Position numbers and translations under genes: made by a program. This document shows positions 28,528 to 40,284 of a stretch of DNA of 60,280 bases, piece after piece (positions within the stretch are counted from its first letter, which is position 1; every line of letters begins with the position of its first letter). Below the pieces are notes generated by a model. That model had not been told where the DNA came from. It saw only the letters and a program-made list of their open reading frames with translations, and did not search any database. This DNA comes from Acidobacteriota bacterium (GTDB lineage Bacteria; Acidobacteriota; Thermoanaerobaculia; UBA5066; Gp7-AA6), in NCBI GenBank assembly GCA_046725935.1, contig JBKOZO010000083.1, forward strand, positions 1 through 60,280. Direction: 5' to 3'.

Positions 28528-31476
28528 CTAGAACGACACCCGCGCGCCGAGGCGCAGGATCCTCGGCGACTGGATCTCGATGATCTGGTTGTAGGACGGC
28601 GACTCGACGTTGATGTCGCCGCCGGGCGAAGTCGCCACCGCCGGCGTGTTGGAGTTTCGCTGCAGGATCGTGCCCTGGTTGAGGACGTTGAAGATGTCGG
28701 CCGAGAGCGTGATCTGGAGAGGCTTGACGTCGATCGCCTTCTCCAGGCGAAGATCCAGCTCGTACACGTCGCCGTAGCGGACGTCTCCCATCTTGCCGAT
28801 GATGTTGTCGCGCGTGCCGAGCCCGTCGCCCGGATCGAAACGCACGAAGTTGAGCTGGGGGTAGCCTTCACGGCCGAAGAAGTTGCCCGCGACCGAGAAG
28901 CCGAGTGGCAGCTGATAGAGACCGCCGACGCTGAACTGCCAGCGCGAGTTGAGAAACACCTCGTTCTTCGCACCGCTGGCCGAACCCGCGGGAAGCGCCG
29001 CGATGTCGTCGCCCGCGCACGTGCCGCCGGTCGGGATCGGATACGGCGTGCCCGGCCAGAGATTGTTGATGCCGCCGCGGTCGTTGGTCGGGTCGTAGCA
29101 GGAACCGGCGCCGCCGTGCTGCTTCCAGTCGTTCCAGGTGAAGCTCCCCCGCGCCATCCACTTGTTCGTCAGACGCTTCTGGAGATTGAGCTCGACGCCG
29201 TTGTAGACGGTGTCCCAGTCGGGTCGGTTGATGATGTCGATTCCGGCCGGAGGCTCGATGCCGTCGTTCAAAGCGTAGTACGGCTGGTGAAACGGGGTGC
29301 CGTCGGCGAGCGTGCCGTCCAGGAACCCGGCCACGTGGTAGTCGGAGGGATCGAGGCCCGCGCGCTTGGGGAAGATCGCGCCGCTGTACTTGCGGTAGGT
29401 GTAGTTCGCGCCGAGGACGAAGTCGGGAATCACCTCGCGCTCGATGCCGGCGATGACCTCGTCCGTCTTCCCGGACTTCAGGTTCGGGTCGATGACGACG
29501 GGGGAAATCGGGGATGCCGGGTGGTTCGGATCGAACCCATAGAAGGAGAACCGATTGTCGAAGTTGATCTCGTCGCGCGTAATTACATGGTCGCCGTTCA
29601 CGTCGTTCCACTGGTAGTAGACGCCGGAAAGCGCTCCCGCGTTGTCCAGGGCCACGATCGCGCTGCCGAGCTGATCCGCATAGCGCGCGTAGCTCGCCCG
29701 CAACAGCGTCCGCTTGTCGGCTCCGAGGGAATACGTCGCGCCCACGCGCGGGACGAAGTCGCTCCAATCGAACCGGTAGGGCTGGTCGGGAATGGTGACG
29801 GCCGGCAGGATGTCCGGTACCACCGGGTTGGCGGGCGACGTCGATGCGAGGTTGCGGCCGTGCTGGAAGTCGTAGCGCACGCCGGCGTTGAGCGTGAAGT
29901 TCCCGAAGGTCAGCGTGTCCGAAAGGTACCCGGAGTAGTACTGCAGGTCCGACCGGATGTTCTTCTCCCGCGTCAGGAGCGCGGCGTCGAAGGGCTGGAA
30001 GTTGGCGAGGTCGCCGACATTGCCGTTCCCGGGCCACGCCGTCAGCGAGGAGACTGTCGCGGTCCGGTAGCCGAAGCCGAACTTCAGCTCGTTACCGGTC
30101 GAGCCGGCCGAGAAGAAATAGGAGCCGTTCGCCGAGACCTGGTGCTGCGGCCGCACCGTGTCGTAGAAGAAGTAGCTGTTCTGGTACTGGCCGGAGGGAT
30201 TGATGTAGACGTCGTTGACGTCGGTGCCTCCCTGAGGCGTGAGCGAGAAGCCGCTGGACATCGAGGAGTACGACGCCGTAAGAAACAGCGACGACGAGAA
30301 GACCTGAGACACCTCTCCTTTCCAGATCCGCGTCGGGCCCGTCTGGTTCCACGAGGCCGGCGGCGGACGGAAGAACGAGACGTTGCGTCCGAACTTTTCC
30401 TTGTTTCCGTCGCTGAAGGTCCCCGTCAGCGCCGTGCCGTCGATGACCTGGGCGTTGATCTTCGCGCTGACGTCCTTCAACGTCGTGTTGTCCGGCGCGC
30501 CGGAGATGTTGAAGAGGTCGATCTGGTTGCGTCCGTACGCGCCCCAGGCCCAGACCCGGTCCTTCCAGAGCGGTCCGCCGACCTCGACGCCGTAGTCCTG
30601 GACCTCGTTGACACGGTTACCCCCGGTGACGCCCTCGTCGATCTCTTCCTGCGTCAGGTTGTTCCACTGCCAGTTCCCGTCGGCCAGGAAGAACCGCGCC
30701 GAGCCGTGCACGTCGTTGGTGCCGCGCTTGGTGACGAGGTTGAGTTGCACCCCCGGTGTGGAAGCGGTGACGTCGCTGCCGCCGGTCGAAGCCTGGATCT
30801 CCTCGAAAGAGTCGAAGTCGTAGTACGTCGGTGAGGAGCCCAGGGCGCCGAGGTCCGTGATCGTCACGCCGTCCAGGTTCCAGACGTTCTGGGCCGCGTC
30901 GGCGCCCTTGCCCGTGTAGGTGGACTGCTGGCCGCTCTCGTTGCCGCCGACGTTGACGCGATCCATCTGGACGCCCGGGACCGTCTGGATGATGACCCAG
31001 GGATCGCGCGCGGTCGGGATCGCCTGGAGCTGCTCCTGGTCCACCACGGCGCCCGTCTCGACCTTGCGCGTGTCGAGCAGCGACGGCTCGCCCTTCACGA
31101 CGACCGACGTCTCGACACTCGAGATCTTCAGCTGCGCGGTCGTGTTGGTGTTCTGGCCGACGGAGACCTGCACGTTGGGCTTCTCGACTTTGGTGAAGCC
31201 CTGCAGCTCATACGTCAGCGTGTAGTCTCCGGGACTCAGGTTCAAGAACCGGTATTCGCCGCGATCGTCCGTGACCTGCACTTTCGCGGCGCCGATCCCG
31301 GTGAGCGTGACGCTGACGCCGGGAAGACGGCCTCCCTGCTCGTCGTCGACGTATCCGTAGACGTTGCCGGTCAGTTGCTGCGCGGACGAGTGCGGCGCGA
31401 GGGCGAGCACCACGGCCGCGAGTGCCGCCCGCCATGCCGCCGCCGCGAATCGGCGCATGCGTTTCTCTCCGTTCAT
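28528..31476 (-). CDS. TonB-dependent receptor with N-terminal carboxypeptidase-regulatory-like domain (Oar type)
   Basis: GGAGAGG RBS; signal peptide; LPGVSVTL...GEYRF domain; plug (IPTARDPW, NLVTKRGTN); C-terminal PRILRLGARVSF. Confidence 0.93.
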   Translation of the reverse strand: MNGEKRMRRFAAAAWRAALAAVVLALAPHSSAQQLTGNVYGYVDDEQGGRLPGVSVTLTGIGAAKVQVTDDRGEYRFLNLSPGDYTLTYELQGFTKVEKPNVQVSVGQNTNTTAQLKISSVETSVVVKGEPSLLDTRKVETGAVVDQEQLQAIPTARDPWVIIQTVPGVQMDRVNVGGNESGQQSTYTGKGADAAQNVWNLDGVTITDLGALGSSPTYYDFDSFEEIQASTGGSDVTASTPGVQLNLVTKRGTNDVHGSARFFLADGNWQWNNLTQEEIDEGVTGGNRVNEVQDYGVEVGGPLWKDRVWAWGAYGRNQIDLFNISGAPDNTTLKDVSAKINAQVIDGTALTGTFSDGNKEKFGRNVSFFRPPPASWNQTGPTRIWKGEVSQVFSSSLFLTASYSSMSSGFSLTPQGGTDVNDVYINPSGQYQNSYFFYDTVRPQHQVSANGSYFFSAGSTGNELKFGFGYRTATVSSLTAWPGNGNVGDLANFQPFDAALLTREKNIRSDLQYYSGYLSDTLTFGNFTLNAGVRYDFQHGRNLASTSPANPVVPDILPAVTIPDQPYRFDWSDFVPRVGATYSLGADKRTLLRASYARYADQLGSAIVALDNAGALSGVYYQWNDVNGDHVITRDEINFDNRFSFYGFDPNHPASPISPVVIDPNLKSGKTDEVIAGIEREVIPDFVLGANYTYRKYSGAIFPKRAGLDPSDYHVAGFLDGTLADGTPFHQPYYALNDGIEPPAGIDIINRPDWDTVYNGVELNLQKRLTNKWMARGSFTWNDWKQHGGAGSCYDPTNDRGGINNLWPGTPYPIPTGGTCAGDDIAALPAGSASGAKNEVFLNSRWQFSVGGLYQLPLGFSVAGNFFGREGYPQLNFVRFDPGDGLGTRDNIIGKMGDVRYGDVYELDLRLEKAIDVKPLQITLSADIFNVLNQGTILQRNSNTPAVATSPGGDINVESPSYNQIIEIQSPRILRLGARVSF

Positions 31477-31528
31477 TTCCTCTCCTTTCGGCGACGCCGC
31501 CACGCGCGACGGGCCGACGTCATCGGAG

Positions 31529-31545
31529 AGCAACGCGAATGCCAC
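31529..31545 (-). promoter_or_regulatory. Sigma-54 (-24/-12) promoter of the TonB receptor
   Basis: Minus strand GTGGCATTCGCGTTGCT: TGGCA...TTGCT with exact GG-N10-GC spacing, ~50 bp upstream of the start. Confidence 0.75.
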
Positions 31546-31905
31546 GAGATTTTTTTGTCGGCGCGGGCCGTGCGAGCGAAGAACGAGGACGGAGAGGCGA
31601 CGCGCGAGGACGGCGAGATCACGCCCGCGACGAGCGCGCGGCGCGAATTCGATTCCGTGAACGCCGACTCAACGCGGCGGAGTGAGCACGCGCCGCGGAG
31701 ACGATGACGAACGCGTCGGCGCCGCCTCTCAACCGGTCCGCGACCCGGATGGGTGCATGCTCGTCCCGAGGATACGGCCCGCCGTTCGGAGAATTGAAGC
31801 GCCGCGGCGCCGCTGCGCGATCCTGGCGCGCGCGCGGGCGCTCCCGGAGGCCCGACGTGCCCTGCTTTTTTTCTTTGCGCGGGATCGGAAAGGTCTGCGG
31901 AAACC

Positions 31906-32403
31906 TCAGCGCGCTGCGGCCGCGCGCGCGGGCAGCGGTCTCTCGGATACCTCGAACCGTTTCGCGAACACCGCGTCGAGTGAAATCGGACCCGCGCCGT
32001 ACGCGCCGAGCCACAGGCACAGCACAATGTAGAGGTACTCGATGAACCCGAAGAGATCCGAGACCCCGTTCAAGTCGGCGCGCCGCGCCGTCAGGATCGC
32101 CACGATCATCGTGACGATCAGCGGGAGGCTCGCCAGACGCGTAGCCAGGCCCACGAGCAGGAGAATTCCGCAAACGAACTCGGCCGTGGCGGCCAGCGGC
32201 GCCTGGAACTGCGGCGCGGGGATTCCGAGCTCGCCAAAATAGGCGATGACCTTGGGAAGACTGTGCAGCTTTCCCCATCCCGATTCGATGAAGACCCAAC
32301 CCAGCGTCAGGCGGGTCACCGTCGGCGGAAGCCAGCGGAGCGACGACGCGACGCGCAGGATGAGGCGGCGGAGCCTCGAGAGACCGGTATTCGGCGTTGC
32401 CAT
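31906..32403 (-). CDS. DoxX family membrane protein
   Basis: RLTLGWVFIESGWGKL, GIPAP, EFVCGILLLVGLATR, GAGPISLD. Confidence 0.92.
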   Translation of the reverse strand: MATPNTGLSRLRRLILRVASSLRWLPPTVTRLTLGWVFIESGWGKLHSLPKVIAYFGELGIPAPQFQAPLAATAEFVCGILLLVGLATRLASLPLIVTMIVAILTARRADLNGVSDLFGFIEYLYIVLCLWLGAYGAGPISLDAVFAKRFEVSERPLPARAAAAR

Positions 32404-32451
32404 GCGATCTCCTTCGAAACGACGGGCGACAGACTATCCCGTCCGGTCAGC

Positions 32452-35100
32452 CTAGTCGCCGCTCTGCTGTATCAACTTCGCGACCAGGCCCGTCCAGCCG
32501 GTCTGATGGCTGGCTCCGATGCCCGCGCCGTCGTCGCCGTGGAAGTACTCGTGGAACAGGATGTAGTCCCGAAAGTGAGGATCGGCCTGGAGCTTTCGCA
32601 CGCCGCCGAAGACCGGCCGCCGGCCCTCGGAATCGCGAAGGAAGATGCGTGTCAGGCGCCGCGACAGGTCTCCGGCCACGTCCCACAGCGTGCTCATCTG
32701 GCCCGATCCGCAGGGAGACTCGACCTTGAAGGAGTCGCCCAGGTAGAAGTGGAACTTCTGGAGCGACTCGATGATCAGGAAGTTGACCGGAAACCAGACC
32801 GGACCCCGCCAGTTCGAGTTGCCGCCGAAGAGACCGGTCGAGGATTCCGCGGGCTCGTAGTCGACGCGGTGTTCCATCCCCATGAAGTTCAAGACGTACG
32901 GGTTCTCCTGGTGATGGCGCGAGAGCGCGCGAATCCCGTGCGGCGACAGGAATTCGTTCTCGTCCAGAAGATAGCGGCAGATCTGCTTGAGACGCTGCCG
33001 GTCCACGAGCGAGAAGAAGCGCTTGACCCTGCCGTCCGGAGTGATGTCGGTCTCGACGTGCTGGGCGAAGTCGGAACGGTTTTCCAGGAACCACTGCATG
33101 CGCCGCTTGAAACCCGGGAGGCGGTCGACGGTCTCCGACGAAAGCGTCTCCACGGCGAACAGCGGGATCAGTCCGACCATTGAGCGGACCTTCAGCGGGT
33201 ACTTGCGCCCGTCCGGTAGATCCAGGACGTCGTAGAAAAACCCGTCCTCGCGGTTCCAGAGCTCGATGCCGGCGCCGCCGATGTTGTTCATCGCCCGGCA
33301 GATGTAGACGAAGTGCTCGAAGAACTTGGAGGCGACGTCTTCGTAAGCGTTGTCCTCCCGCGAGAGCTCGAGGGCGATCGCGAGCATGTTCAGGCAGTAC
33401 ATGCCCATCCAGCTCGTCGCGTCGGACTGCTCGATGTGCCCGCCCGTCGGAAGCGGCGAGCTGCGATCGAAGACGCCGATGTTGTCCAGGCCGAGGAACC
33501 CTCCCTGGAAGACGTTCTTGCCCTCGGCATCCTTCCGGTTGATCCACCAAGTGAAGTTCAGCAGCAGCTTGTGGAACACGCGCTCCAGGAACTTGCGGTC
33601 TCCCCTCCGCGAGCGCTTCTTGTCGATCTTATAGACGCGCCACGCGGCCCATGCGTGGACGGGAGGGTTCACGTCGCCGAACGCCCACTCGTAGGCCGGC
33701 AACTGTCCGTTGGGATGCATGTACCACTCGCGCAAGAGGAGCACGAGCTGCTGCTTGGCGAAGTCCGGATCCACGAGCGCCAGCGGGATCGTGTGGAAGG
33801 CGAGGTCCCACGACGCGTACCAGGGGTACTCCCACTTGTCGGGCATCGAGATGACGTCGGCGTTGAAGAGGTGCCCCCACTCGCTGTTGCGGCCGTGCAG
33901 CCGCTGCTTCGGAGGATCCGGGCCCGCGGGATCTCCGCGCAGCCAGCGGTTGACATCGTAGTGGTAAAACTGCTTGCTCCAGAGCAGCCCCGCGAAGGCC
34001 TGCCGTTGTACGGAGCGGGCGTCCTCGGTGAGGTCCGGAGTCGCGAGCCCCGCGTAGAAGGCGTTGGCCTCGCGGATGCGATCCTCGAAGACCCGATCGA
34101 ACTCAGGGCCGAACGGATCCTCGGCCGTCGTCGCCCTGGAGAAGCGCAGGCGCGCCTGCCTCGACTCCCCCGCGGGAATCGCCAGGACGTAGCGGGCGGC
34201 GGCCTTGGAGCCCACGCGGTCGGGATTGACGGCCCCGGCGACGCCGTGCACGACGTAGTCGTGGAACGCGTCCTTGACGTATTGCGAGTCGTTGTCCGCG
34301 CCCCACAGCCGGCTCGCGTTGGACTCGTTTTCGGTGAAGAGAAGCTCGGGCGTGCCTTCGCACTGGAGTGCGAGGCTTCCGTAGTACTCGCTCTCCAGCT
34401 CGACGACGGCGCGACCGGCGTGCGCCTCGCCGGCGCGCAGCCTCTGGCGGCGCTGCCCGAGCCCCCATGACCAGGTGTTCCGGAACCAGATCTGCGGCAG
34501 AAGGTGGATGACGGCCTCTTCGGATCCGCGGTTGAAGACGCGGATGCGGACGAGCACGTCGTCGGGGGAAGCCTTCGCGTATTCGGTGAAGACGTCGAAA
34601 TAACGGTCGTCGTCGAAGACGCCGGTGTCCAGCAGCTCGAACTCGGTGTCGCGGCGCGTGCGTCCGCGATTCTCGTCGAGGAGCTGCTGATAGGGGAATT
34701 CGCGCTGCGGGTACTTGTACAGCGCCTTCATGTACGAATGGCTGGGAGTGGAATCGAGGTAGTAGTAGCACTCCTTGACGTCCTCGCCATGGTTGCCCTG
34801 GGAGCCGGTCAGGCCGAAGAGCCTCTCCTTCAGGATCCGGTCTTTCCCGTTCCAGAGCGCGATCGAGAAGCAGACGTACTGATGGCGGTCCGACAGCCCC
34901 ATCAGGCCGTCCTCGCCCCAGCGGTATGCGCGAGAGCGCGCGTGCTCGTGGGGAAAGTAATCCCAGGCCGCGCCGTCCGCGCTGTAGTCCTCGCGCACCG
35001 TGCCCCACTGTCGCTCGGAGAGGTAGGGACCCCAGCGCTTCCAGTTTTTCGTCCGCTTACGGTCCTCTTCGAGGCGGGCGTGTTCGGCGCCGTCGCCCAT
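32452..35100 (-). CDS. GH63/MGH1-like glycoside hydrolase
   Basis: [50 protein letters not shown]. Confidence 0.93.
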   Translation of the reverse strand: MGDGAEHARLEEDRKRTKNWKRWGPYLSERQWGTVREDYSADGAAWDYFPHEHARSRAYRWGEDGLMGLSDRHQYVCFSIALWNGKDRILKERLFGLTGSQGNHGEDVKECYYYLDSTPSHSYMKALYKYPQREFPYQQLLDENRGRTRRDTEFELLDTGVFDDDRYFDVFTEYAKASPDDVLVRIRVFNRGSEEAVIHLLPQIWFRNTWSWGLGQRRQRLRAGEAHAGRAVVELESEYYGSLALQCEGTPELLFTENESNASRLWGADNDSQYVKDAFHDYVVHGVAGAVNPDRVGSKAAARYVLAIPAGESRQARLRFSRATTAEDPFGPEFDRVFEDRIREANAFYAGLATPDLTEDARSVQRQAFAGLLWSKQFYHYDVNRWLRGDPAGPDPPKQRLHGRNSEWGHLFNADVISMPDKWEYPWYASWDLAFHTIPLALVDPDFAKQQLVLLLREWYMHPNGQLPAYEWAFGDVNPPVHAWAAWRVYKIDKKRSRRGDRKFLERVFHKLLLNFTWWINRKDAEGKNVFQGGFLGLDNIGVFDRSSPLPTGGHIEQSDATSWMGMYCLNMLAIALELSREDNAYEDVASKFFEHFVYICRAMNNIGGAGIELWNREDGFFYDVLDLPDGRKYPLKVRSMVGLIPLFAVETLSSETVDRLPGFKRRMQWFLENRSDFAQHVETDITPDGRVKRFFSLVDRQRLKQICRYLLDENEFLSPHGIRALSRHHQENPYVLNFMGMEHRVDYEPAESSTGLFGGNSNWRGPVWFPVNFLIIESLQKFHFYLGDSFKVESPCGSGQMSTLWDVAGDLSRRLTRIFLRDSEGRRPVFGGVRKLQADPHFRDYILFHEYFHGDDGAGIGASHQTGWTGLVAKLIQQSGD

Positions 35101-37037
35101 CACGAAGCCAGGATCCCGCGCTCGATTCGGAGCAGCTCCCCGACGGACCAGGCCTGGAACGGACATCCGCGCGGCATATGGGGCGCGTCACCGTCGGCGA
35201 TCTCCGAAACGTGTCCGAGACCGGCCTCATCCAGATGCTCCCGGAGCGGGGACAGGAACCTCGCGCGGGCTTCCTTCCGAGCCGCGTCGGTTCCACCGCG
35301 GACCTTCACCCAGGCGTCCACGAAGGCACCCGCGAGATACGGCCAGACCGTCCCCTGGTGATACGCGCCGTCGCGCTCCCTTGGGCCTCCCTCGTAACGT
35401 CCTCGGTAGCTCGGGTCGTCCGGCGAAAGGGAACGGAGACCCAGCGGCGTCCAGAGCTTCGCCTGGACGGCGTCGACGATCGAGCGAGCCCGCTCGCCTT
35501 CGACGAGGGCGAACGGCAGACCGCCGACGGCAAAGATCTGATTGGGCCGCATCGAGGCATCCACCTTGCCCGGTTCGTGATCCGCGTCGACGACGTCGTA
35601 AAGGCAGCCGGCCTCCTCGTTCCAGAAGCGGCGGGCGAAGGAGTCGATCGCCTTCTCCAGAAGATCTCGGAACTGGTCCGTAAAGCTCGAGGCGATCTTC
35701 AAGGCGTTGATCCAGAGCGCCTGGATCTCCACCGGCTTGCCGATTCGCGGCGTGACGACCCAGTCCCCGACTTTCGCGTCCATCCAGGTCAGCTGCACGC
35801 CGGGCTCTCCGGCGGCGAGCAGGCCGTCCTCGTCGGCGTGGATCCGGTATCGTGTGCCCCGCTCATAGCCGGAGAGAATCTCCCCGAACGCCTCCTGGAG
35901 CGTCACGCGCTCTTTCCCCTCGATGCGCCGGCCTTCCGCGGCGCGGGCTTGCATGTACTCGGCCACCGCGATCAGATACCAGAGCGGGGCGTCGACGGAG
36001 TTGAACTCGGGTTGAAGGTTTCCGTCGGGAAAGAAATTCGGCAGCATCCCTTCGGAGACGGCTCCGGCCCATTCGACGAGAATCGAGCCGGCCTCCTCCA
36101 GCCGTCCCGGCGCGAGGCACAGCCCGCGCAGCGCGATGAACGTGTCTCTCCCCCAGTCCGTGAACCACGGATATCCGGCCACGATCGTCTGGCCGGCGCC
36201 GCGACGCACCAGGTACGCGTCGGCGGAGCGCTCGAGACGGCTGCCGAAGCGCTCGCGGCGCGCGCGCTCGAGCGAGCGAAGCGCGTCGAGAGCGGCCGCG
36301 GCGTCCCCCGATCCGAGCGACGCCTCGTGCCCCTCGGCGGCCGCGAGCCAGACGGCCTCGCCGGCCGAGAGATCGAACCGGAAGACTCCTGGCGAAGCGA
36401 GGTCCTCGGTGAAGTCGAGGCCGCGCGCGCGCTCCTCGGAGTAGAGAAAGTTGCGGTACCACTCGGGCGCGTGTGCGTACCCTCCGTTCGCGCGCACGGC
36501 GATCGAGGGCACGTCGGGGTACGTGCGAAAGCGAAGAAGTCCCGAAGGCTCCGCGACTGCCTCGAAGCGCAGGCTCGGATTCTCGTGGTGGAGCGCGTGG
36601 TAGTCGCGGCCGGAGAGAAACGGCCGCAACTCCAGCGAGACCGGGGAGGCGCCCGAGAGAGACTTCCACGCGACCGCCACCGCCGAGGAGCCCTTCGGCG
36701 CGAAGATCTCCTGCGCGACGCGCGTCCCGTCGGGAAGCGAGAACGTCCAGACGGGCCAGGGCTCGGGATCGAACGCCTCGATGCGGGAGGCTCCGTCGGG
36801 GAAAGTCACGTCGGGGAGGTAGGCCTGCGACGAGATCGCGAAGCGGCCCGCCCGCGTCTGGACCCAGGCGTCGAACCCGTTGAGCAGGACCATGCGCCCG
36901 GTCGGAGGCGTTTTCGCCGTCAGCAGCAGCGCGTGATATCGCCGCGTGCGGATTCCCGAGACGGTTCCCGAGGCGAAGCCTCCGAGCCCGTCGGCCTCGA
37001 GCCATTCGCGCGTGAGGGGGGCGCCCACGGACGCCAA
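35100..37037 (-). CDS. Amylo-alpha-1,6-glucosidase / glycogen debranching family protein
   Basis: [55 protein letters not shown]. Confidence 0.93.
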   Translation of the reverse strand: MASVGAPLTREWLEADGLGGFASGTVSGIRTRRYHALLLTAKTPPTGRMVLLNGFDAWVQTRAGRFAISSQAYLPDVTFPDGASRIEAFDPEPWPVWTFSLPDGTRVAQEIFAPKGSSAVAVAWKSLSGASPVSLELRPFLSGRDYHALHHENPSLRFEAVAEPSGLLRFRTYPDVPSIAVRANGGYAHAPEWYRNFLYSEERARGLDFTEDLASPGVFRFDLSAGEAVWLAAAEGHEASLGSGDAAAALDALRSLERARRERFGSRLERSADAYLVRRGAGQTIVAGYPWFTDWGRDTFIALRGLCLAPGRLEEAGSILVEWAGAVSEGMLPNFFPDGNLQPEFNSVDAPLWYLIAVAEYMQARAAEGRRIEGKERVTLQEAFGEILSGYERGTRYRIHADEDGLLAAGEPGVQLTWMDAKVGDWVVTPRIGKPVEIQALWINALKIASSFTDQFRDLLEKAIDSFARRFWNEEAGCLYDVVDADHEPGKVDASMRPNQIFAVGGLPFALVEGERARSIVDAVQAKLWTPLGLRSLSPDDPSYRGRYEGGPRERDGAYHQGTVWPYLAGAFVDAWVKVRGGTDAARKEARARFLSPLREHLDEAGLGHVSEIADGDAPHMPRGCPFQAWSVGELLRIERGILAS

Positions 37038-37065
37038 GCGTATGACGGCTCCGTTGAGGAGCCGA

Positions 37066-39255
37066 TCAGAACCGAACGAAGCCCGTGAAGCTTGCCGAGA
37101 TGCCCGGGGCGAGAACGGCCCGCGGATCGGCCGTGATCAGGTAGGCCTTGTCGAGCACGTTGCGGACGTAGGCCTGCAGCTCGAAGAACTCGGCGAAACG
37201 GTACCCGGCGCCCAGGTCCAGAAGGCCGTAGCCCGGCCTGGCTCTCTCATTCGGGCCGGAGTGGTCGTCGTTCGCGTAGACGACTCCGCGCGCCTGGACG
37301 AAGGCCGGCCCGAAGGCCTTGCGGAGCTGGAGATTCAGGGACTCCGGCGGAATGTCGTCCAGCGGCACGCCGTCGTCCACCGTCTCGCCGCGCTCGATCT
37401 GCGTCGCGAGCGCCACCGCGAAGCCCGACGGAAGATCGACCTGGGCCTCGAGCTCGAGGCCCTTCAGGCGCGCCTCTCCCCGATTGCGGAAGAAGAAGTC
37501 GTCCGGGTTCTCGCCGGCGTAGCGCTCGATCAAGTCGTGGATCGTGTAGTCGTACATGTAGAACGCCGTGCGGAAGCAGGAACCCGTGTAGCGCAGGGCT
37601 ACATCCCACTGGTCGCTCGTCTCGGGAACGAGGAAGGGATTTACCGTGATGAAGCCGCGGCCCGACGGTCCCCGAAAGTAGCGGTCCGAGAGCACCGGGT
37701 CGCGGAATCCGTGCGAGAACTGGCCCGTGACCGAGAAGCCTCCGAAGGAGCCCGCGGTCAGCGCGACCGAGCCGGAGACCGCATCGTTGGACGTCGAGAG
37801 ATCGCCGAAGTAGCCGTCCTCATTCTTCGTCGTCACGCTGTCGTAGCGCACGCCTCCCGAAAGCGTGAGCTGCGGAAGAAAGGCCATCTCGGCCGTCAGG
37901 TATCCGGCCGCGTCGGTCCGATGCGCGTCGTCGACGGAGACGTTGATCCTCTCTTCGATCGGGTCCGTGTAGCGCACCGCGATGTCCAGGGCGTGCAGGT
38001 CGTAGCGCCCGTTGATGTCGACCCCGACCTCGACGCGCACGGGGCCGAAGAAGCGCTCGGCGAATCCGCGCGCCTGGAAGTCGTTCGCCGAGACATCGGC
38101 CTGCTCGAGCGAAGCGACGGACGACGATGTCGCGAAGCGATACTGGTTCGTGATCTGGTCGTAGGCGCCGAGGAAGCCCACGAACCCGACGCGGGAGAAG
38201 CCGGCGAATGGCTCGCTCTCCCAGGCGAGCGTGAATCGACTCGAGTTTTCCTCCGGATAGTAGAAGCGGACCGTGGTCGAGTTGTTCCTCGGCCGGTCGA
38301 TGTCTCGGCCGTAGTCTCCCTGCCAGCCCGCGGTCAGCGTTCCCGGCCCCAGCCGGTACGAGGCGCGAACCAGGACGCCGCTGTCGCGAAACCCGGAGTT
38401 GAAGACTTCGCCGTCCGGGCTGTCCCAGTTTCCGTAGGAGCGATAGTGACCGGCCACGAGAAGGCCGCCGCCCGCTCCGATCCCGGTCGAGACCGAGGCG
38501 CCGACGCTGCCGCCGGGGATTCCCACGCCGTAGTCACCGATCGCCTCGACGTGGAGCGGCGAGCCGGGCGCGACCGCCAGAGTCCGCGCTGCGATGACGC
38601 CTCCGAACGCGTCTGAGCCGTACGCCACCGAGCCGGGTCCGCGGGCGACCTCGACGCCGTCGAGGACGAACGGGTCCAGATACGTCGCGCTGGGACCGAC
38701 GCGCCGCTCGGAGGAGACGCGGGCGCCGTCGATCAGGATCAGGCTTCTTCCCCGCGCCAGTCCCCGGATCGCGGGAACCGCCGCCTGGCCCTCGGAGACG
38801 GAGGAGACACCGGCGACGTTCTCCACGGTCTGCGTCAGGTTGAAGGGCTGACGCGACTGGATGTCGGTCTTCGGAACGATGGTCGTGCCATTGGCGGGCG
38901 TGGCGTCGATCTGCGGCGCGGCGCCGGCGGTGACGATGACGCTCTCCTCCGCGATCGGCTCGATCTCGATCACCACCGGGCCGGCGGCAGGAATGCTCGT
39001 GACGAGGAACGGCCGCATGTAGCGGCCTCCCGGCAGCACGACCAGGACCTCGAAGGGCGGCGCGGGTGTCGGCTCCCACTCAAACGAGCCGTCGAACCCG
39101 GTGATTTGAGTGACGTTGCGGCCGAGGACCGAGACCTCGGCGCCGGCGACCGGGGTGCCGCTGCTCTTCAGGACGACGCGCCCCTCGAAGGCGAGGGCTT
39201 GTGCGGCGAGCAACAGAGCGAGAATCGAGAGGAGTGAGCGCCGCGCCGTCGTCAT
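37066..39255 (-). CDS. TonB-dependent receptor
   Basis: Signal peptide; plug with PAIRG, LILIDG, VEVARGPGSVAYGSDAFGGVI; C-terminal NVLDKAY...VRF. Confidence 0.92.
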   Translation of the reverse strand: MTTARRSLLSILALLLAAQALAFEGRVVLKSSGTPVAGAEVSVLGRNVTQITGFDGSFEWEPTPAPPFEVLVVLPGGRYMRPFLVTSIPAAGPVVIEIEPIAEESVIVTAGAAPQIDATPANGTTIVPKTDIQSRQPFNLTQTVENVAGVSSVSEGQAAVPAIRGLARGRSLILIDGARVSSERRVGPSATYLDPFVLDGVEVARGPGSVAYGSDAFGGVIAARTLAVAPGSPLHVEAIGDYGVGIPGGSVGASVSTGIGAGGGLLVAGHYRSYGNWDSPDGEVFNSGFRDSGVLVRASYRLGPGTLTAGWQGDYGRDIDRPRNNSTTVRFYYPEENSSRFTLAWESEPFAGFSRVGFVGFLGAYDQITNQYRFATSSSVASLEQADVSANDFQARGFAERFFGPVRVEVGVDINGRYDLHALDIAVRYTDPIEERINVSVDDAHRTDAAGYLTAEMAFLPQLTLSGGVRYDSVTTKNEDGYFGDLSTSNDAVSGSVALTAGSFGGFSVTGQFSHGFRDPVLSDRYFRGPSGRGFITVNPFLVPETSDQWDVALRYTGSCFRTAFYMYDYTIHDLIERYAGENPDDFFFRNRGEARLKGLELEAQVDLPSGFAVALATQIERGETVDDGVPLDDIPPESLNLQLRKAFGPAFVQARGVVYANDDHSGPNERARPGYGLLDLGAGYRFAEFFELQAYVRNVLDKAYLITADPRAVLAPGISASFTGFVRF

Positions 39256-39267
39256 CGGCGCGGGAGT

Positions 39268-40284
39268 TTAGGCGCGCGGGTGACCTACTACCAGCGCTCG
39301 TAGATGGGTCGGAGAGGGATGCTCCACGCCCTGCTCGACTAGCCGGTACACCGGGCGATGGAGCGACTCCGCGGCCAGCAGCCACGCCACCGAGAGAACG
39401 AGGAGCGCGGCGGTTCGGCGTCCGCGGCGGACGTCGGCGGTTTCCACGGACGGCCCGTCGAGCAGACGGCGGACGCGTCTCTCCAGGCACTCTCCTCGGT
39501 AGAACGCCGTCGCGGCCGCGGGAACGCGCGCCCAGCTCTCCTTCGTACCGAGACGCGCCACGGCCAGCAACGCGTCTACCAGATCCGCGGGTCGCGTTCC
39601 CGAGCGCACCGCGGCGTCGTCCGCGGCTTCCTCGGAAGCCGTCTCCCAGAGAAGAGTCATCCGCCGTCCTGCGGCCGCCAGGATCAGAGGATCCGCGCAC
39701 GCCGAGAGAAGTAGAGACTTGAGGTTGTCGGCCGCGCGATGGTGGCCGGCCTCGTGAGCGGCCATCGCCGCGAGCAGCCGCGGCGGGCAGGCGTCGAGAA
39801 CGGAACCGGAAATGTAGAGCCTCGGCCGCCTCCAGCCGCGGAGAGCGACGATGGGAACCGGAATCTCCAGGCGCCACGCGGGCATTCCGGCGCCGGCGAG
39901 CTCCACGGGCGTCGCCGATGCTGTCAGGCGTCGCGCGAGAAATCCCGCGCGCGCCGCTCTCCCGATCGCCCGCGCGAGGCCGAAAGCCAGGAGACCCGCC
40001 CCGGCCGCGGCAAGCGCCGACAGAGCGCGACCGGCCACCTCGTTGGTGTCCCGCGGCTCGAACTCCAGAAACGACGGAAGCGTCACGCTCACGCTCGCGA
40101 GCAGGGCCAGAGCCGTCGGCGAGAACCGCAGGGCGAGAATCCACCGCGCGCGCCGTACGGGAGCGAGTCTCTCCAGGCGCTTTTCGGCGGCAGGCCAGAA
40201 GAGCGCGAGAAGACCCGAAACGAGGAGACTGACCGCGCCGAATGTCGCCGCGACGGCCACGGCCACGATGATCGAGAAGTTCAT
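39268..40284 (-). CDS. M56 (BlaR1/MecR1-like) membrane metallopeptidase without a penicillin-binding sensor
   Basis: TMs, AHEAGH zinc motif, DN, EEAADD; ATGA overlap with the BlaI-family gene. Confidence 0.85.
   Translation of the reverse strand: MNFSIIVAVAVAATFGAVSLLVSGLLALFWPAAEKRLERLAPVRRARWILALRFSPTALALLASVSVTLPSFLEFEPRDTNEVAGRALSALAAAGAGLLAFGLARAIGRAARAGFLARRLTASATPVELAGAGMPAWRLEIPVPIVALRGWRRPRLYISGSVLDACPPRLLAAMAAHEAGHHRAADNLKSLLLSACADPLILAAAGRRMTLLWETASEEAADDAAVRSGTRPADLVDALLAVARLGTKESWARVPAAATAFYRGECLERRVRRLLDGPSVETADVRRGRRTAALLVLSVAWLLAAESLHRPVYRLVEQGVEHPSPTHLRALVVGHPRA

Noticed and set aside
24651-30834. Very long plus-strand ORFs (1284 aa, 824 aa)
   Set aside because: Antisense shadows of the glycosyltransferase and TonB receptor, expected at this GC content; no motifs.
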